Source: Longivirga aurantiaca (GTDB lineage: Bacteria; Actinomycetota; Actinomycetes; S36-B12; CAIYMF01). From it: a stretch of 32,000 nucleotides of DNA. Under the pieces are notes generated by a model. The model did no database searches, had not been told where the DNA came from, and was given only the letters and a program-made list of their open reading frames with translations. Made by a program: the position numbers and the translations under genes. Of the stretch, positions 30,595 to 32,000 are shown in pieces; position 1 is the stretch's first letter, and each line of letters begins with the position of its first letter. The DNA is taken from the NCBI RefSeq assembly GCF_042660085.1, contig NZ_JBHSTI010000008.1, positions 1,359,876-1,391,875 of the forward strand, in the 5' to 3' direction.

Positions 30595-30690
30595 ATGGTC
30601 ACCATGCTCATCGTCACCTTCGTCGTGCTGGTCGTCGTCCTCGTCGTCGTGGGGATCCGCATGATGAAGGGCAAGAACATCCGCGGCTGA
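30595..30690 (+). CDS. Very small single-TM protein (31 aa)
   Basis: MVTMLIVTFVVLVVVLVVVGIRMMKGKNIRG, a single TM helix with a basic tail between the GNAT gene and the convergent ligase gene. Confidence 0.35.
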   Translation: MVTMLIVTFVVLVVVLVVVGIRMMKGKNIRG

Positions 30691-30695
30691 CGCCC

Positions 30696-31793
30696 TCAGC
30701 GCGCAAGCACGTCGGCGAGGTCGTACCGCACGGGACGGTCGAGCTGCTCGTAGGTGCACGACTCCGGGGTCCGGTCGGGGCGCCAGCGCTTGAACTGCGT
30801 GGTGTGCCGGAACCGGTCGCCCTCCATCGCGTCGTACCCCACCTCCACCACGAGCTCGGGACGCAGCGGCCGCCAGTCGAGCTCCTTGCCCGAGCTCCAG
30901 CGCGAGACCGCGCCCGGGAGCCGCTGGCCCTCGTGCGCCGCGGCGTCGCGCCACGCCGCCCACGGGTGCACGTCGCCGTCGCCCAGCGCGTACGGCGCGA
31001 GCTCGTCGATCAGCTCGGCACGTCGAGCCATGGTGAAGGTGGCAGAGACCCCCACCGACTGCAACGAGCCGTCCTCGTCGAAGAGACCGAGCATCAGCGA
31101 GCCGACGATCTCCTGGCCCCCGGCGCCCGCCTGCTTGTGCGGCCGCCAGCCTGCGACGACGCAGTCGGCTGTGCGCGCGTGCTTCACCTTGAGCATCACG
31201 CGCTTGTCGGGCTGGTACGTCGAGGCGAGCGGCTTGCAGATGATGCCGTCGAGGCCGGCGCCCTCGAACACCTCGAACCAGCGCCGGCCCTCGTCGGCGT
31301 CCGCGCTGATGCGCGTGAGATGGACGCTGCCGCCGGCTCCTGCGAGCGCAGACTCGAGCGCCGCGCGGCGTACGCCGAAGGGCTCGCCCCTGAGGTCGTC
31401 GTCGCCGAACGCGAGCAGGTCGAAGGCCACGAACGACGCGGGCACCTCGCGCGCGAGCATCTGCACGCGGCTGTCGGCGGGATGGATGCGGGACTGCAGC
31501 GTGCCGAAGTCGAGCCGGTCGCCGGTCACCACGACGATCTCGCCGTCCACGACGCAGCGCTCGGGCAGGGCCGCGCGCAGCGCCTCGACCAGCTCGGGGA
31601 AGTAGCGCGTCATGGGCTTCTCGTTGCGGCTGCCGAGCTCTACCTCGTCGCCGTCCTTGAAGACGATGCAGCGGAAGCCGTCCCACTTGGGTTCGTAGAC
31701 GAGCCCGCCGGCGACCGAGTCGGGCAGCGGCACGCCACCGGTGACCGGCTTGGCCAGCATCGGTCTCACGGGGGGCATCACGGGCAGGCGCAT
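30696..31793 (-). CDS. ATP-dependent DNA ligase (LigD/LigC ligase domain)
   Basis: Start MRLPVMPPVRPMLAKP at 31793; nucleotidyltransferase motif EPKWDGFRCIVFKDG, CVVDGEIVVV, YQPDKRVMLKVKHARTADCVVAGWRPH. Confidence 0.94.
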   Translation of the reverse strand: MRLPVMPPVRPMLAKPVTGGVPLPDSVAGGLVYEPKWDGFRCIVFKDGDEVELGSRNEKPMTRYFPELVEALRAALPERCVVDGEIVVVTGDRLDFGTLQSRIHPADSRVQMLAREVPASFVAFDLLAFGDDDLRGEPFGVRRAALESALAGAGGSVHLTRISADADEGRRWFEVFEGAGLDGIICKPLASTYQPDKRVMLKVKHARTADCVVAGWRPHKQAGAGGQEIVGSLMLGLFDEDGSLQSVGVSATFTMARRAELIDELAPYALGDGDVHPWAAWRDAAAHEGQRLPGAVSRWSSGKELDWRPLRPELVVEVGYDAMEGDRFRHTTQFKRWRPDRTPESCTYEQLDRPVRYDLADVLAR

Positions 31794-31812
31794 CGCCCCA
31801 TCCTGCCCTCGA

Positions 31813-32000
31813 TCAGCCGGACGTGTACCTGAAGAACAACGTGCCATGGTCATCGAGCACGTGCACGAGGGAGAGCGGGCGCGGGGCGTCGGGAAGCGGC
31901 GCCCCGGCGAGGATGCGCGGTATCTCCGGGCCGTCGGCGTAGGAGCCACCGGCGAGCACCGGCGACACGGTGAGCAGGAGCTCGTCCAGCAGGTCAGCGG
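31813..32000 (-). CDS. RibD C-terminal-type (pyrimidine/dihydrofolate) reductase family protein, partial (runs off window)
   Basis: Reverse-strand translation ADLLDELLLTVSPVLAGGSYADGPEIPRILAGAPLPDAPRPLSLVHVLDDHGTLFFRYTSG*. Confidence 0.7.
   Translation of the reverse strand, partial: ADLLDELLLTVSPVLAGGSYADGPEIPRILAGAPLPDAPRPLSLVHVLDDHGTLFFRYTSG

Overview
The window is high-GC actinobacterial chromosome (Micrococcales/Cellulomonas-like by gene content, which is an inference). It is mostly housekeeping and metabolic genes: dxs; a fadA/fadB-type beta-oxidation pair; two overlapping ABC exporter half-transporters; a DNA alkylation repair protein; an FTR1/EfeU iron permease next to a stand-alone EfeO-type cupredoxin lipoprotein; ribonuclease D; a LuxR-type regulator; a DUF3000 protein; and hemE, protoporphyrinogen/coproporphyrinogen oxidase and hemQ (chdC). 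These are followed by a MOSC protein, msrB, a LigD-type polymerase-domain protein, a large secreted DUF11-repeat surface protein, a GNAT acetyltransferase, an ATP-dependent DNA ligase and the end of a RibD-like reductase. I did not find a convincing novel defence or mobile system. The most notable accessory segment is about 22.5-24.8 kb. It holds a decayed tyrosine recombinase, two membrane-protein genes with a nearly identical N-terminal leader, and an imperfect ~40-bp direct repeat of the 3' end of the LigD-polymerase gene, which suggests a degraded integrated element. Other leads are a likely IdeR/DtxR box upstream of efeU, a perfect 12-bp-arm palindrome before the ABC exporter genes, nested operator-like palindromes upstream of fadA/fadB, and an imperfect 20-bp-arm intergenic hairpin between the MOSC gene and msrB. 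All product calls are from sequence reading only; no database search was run.
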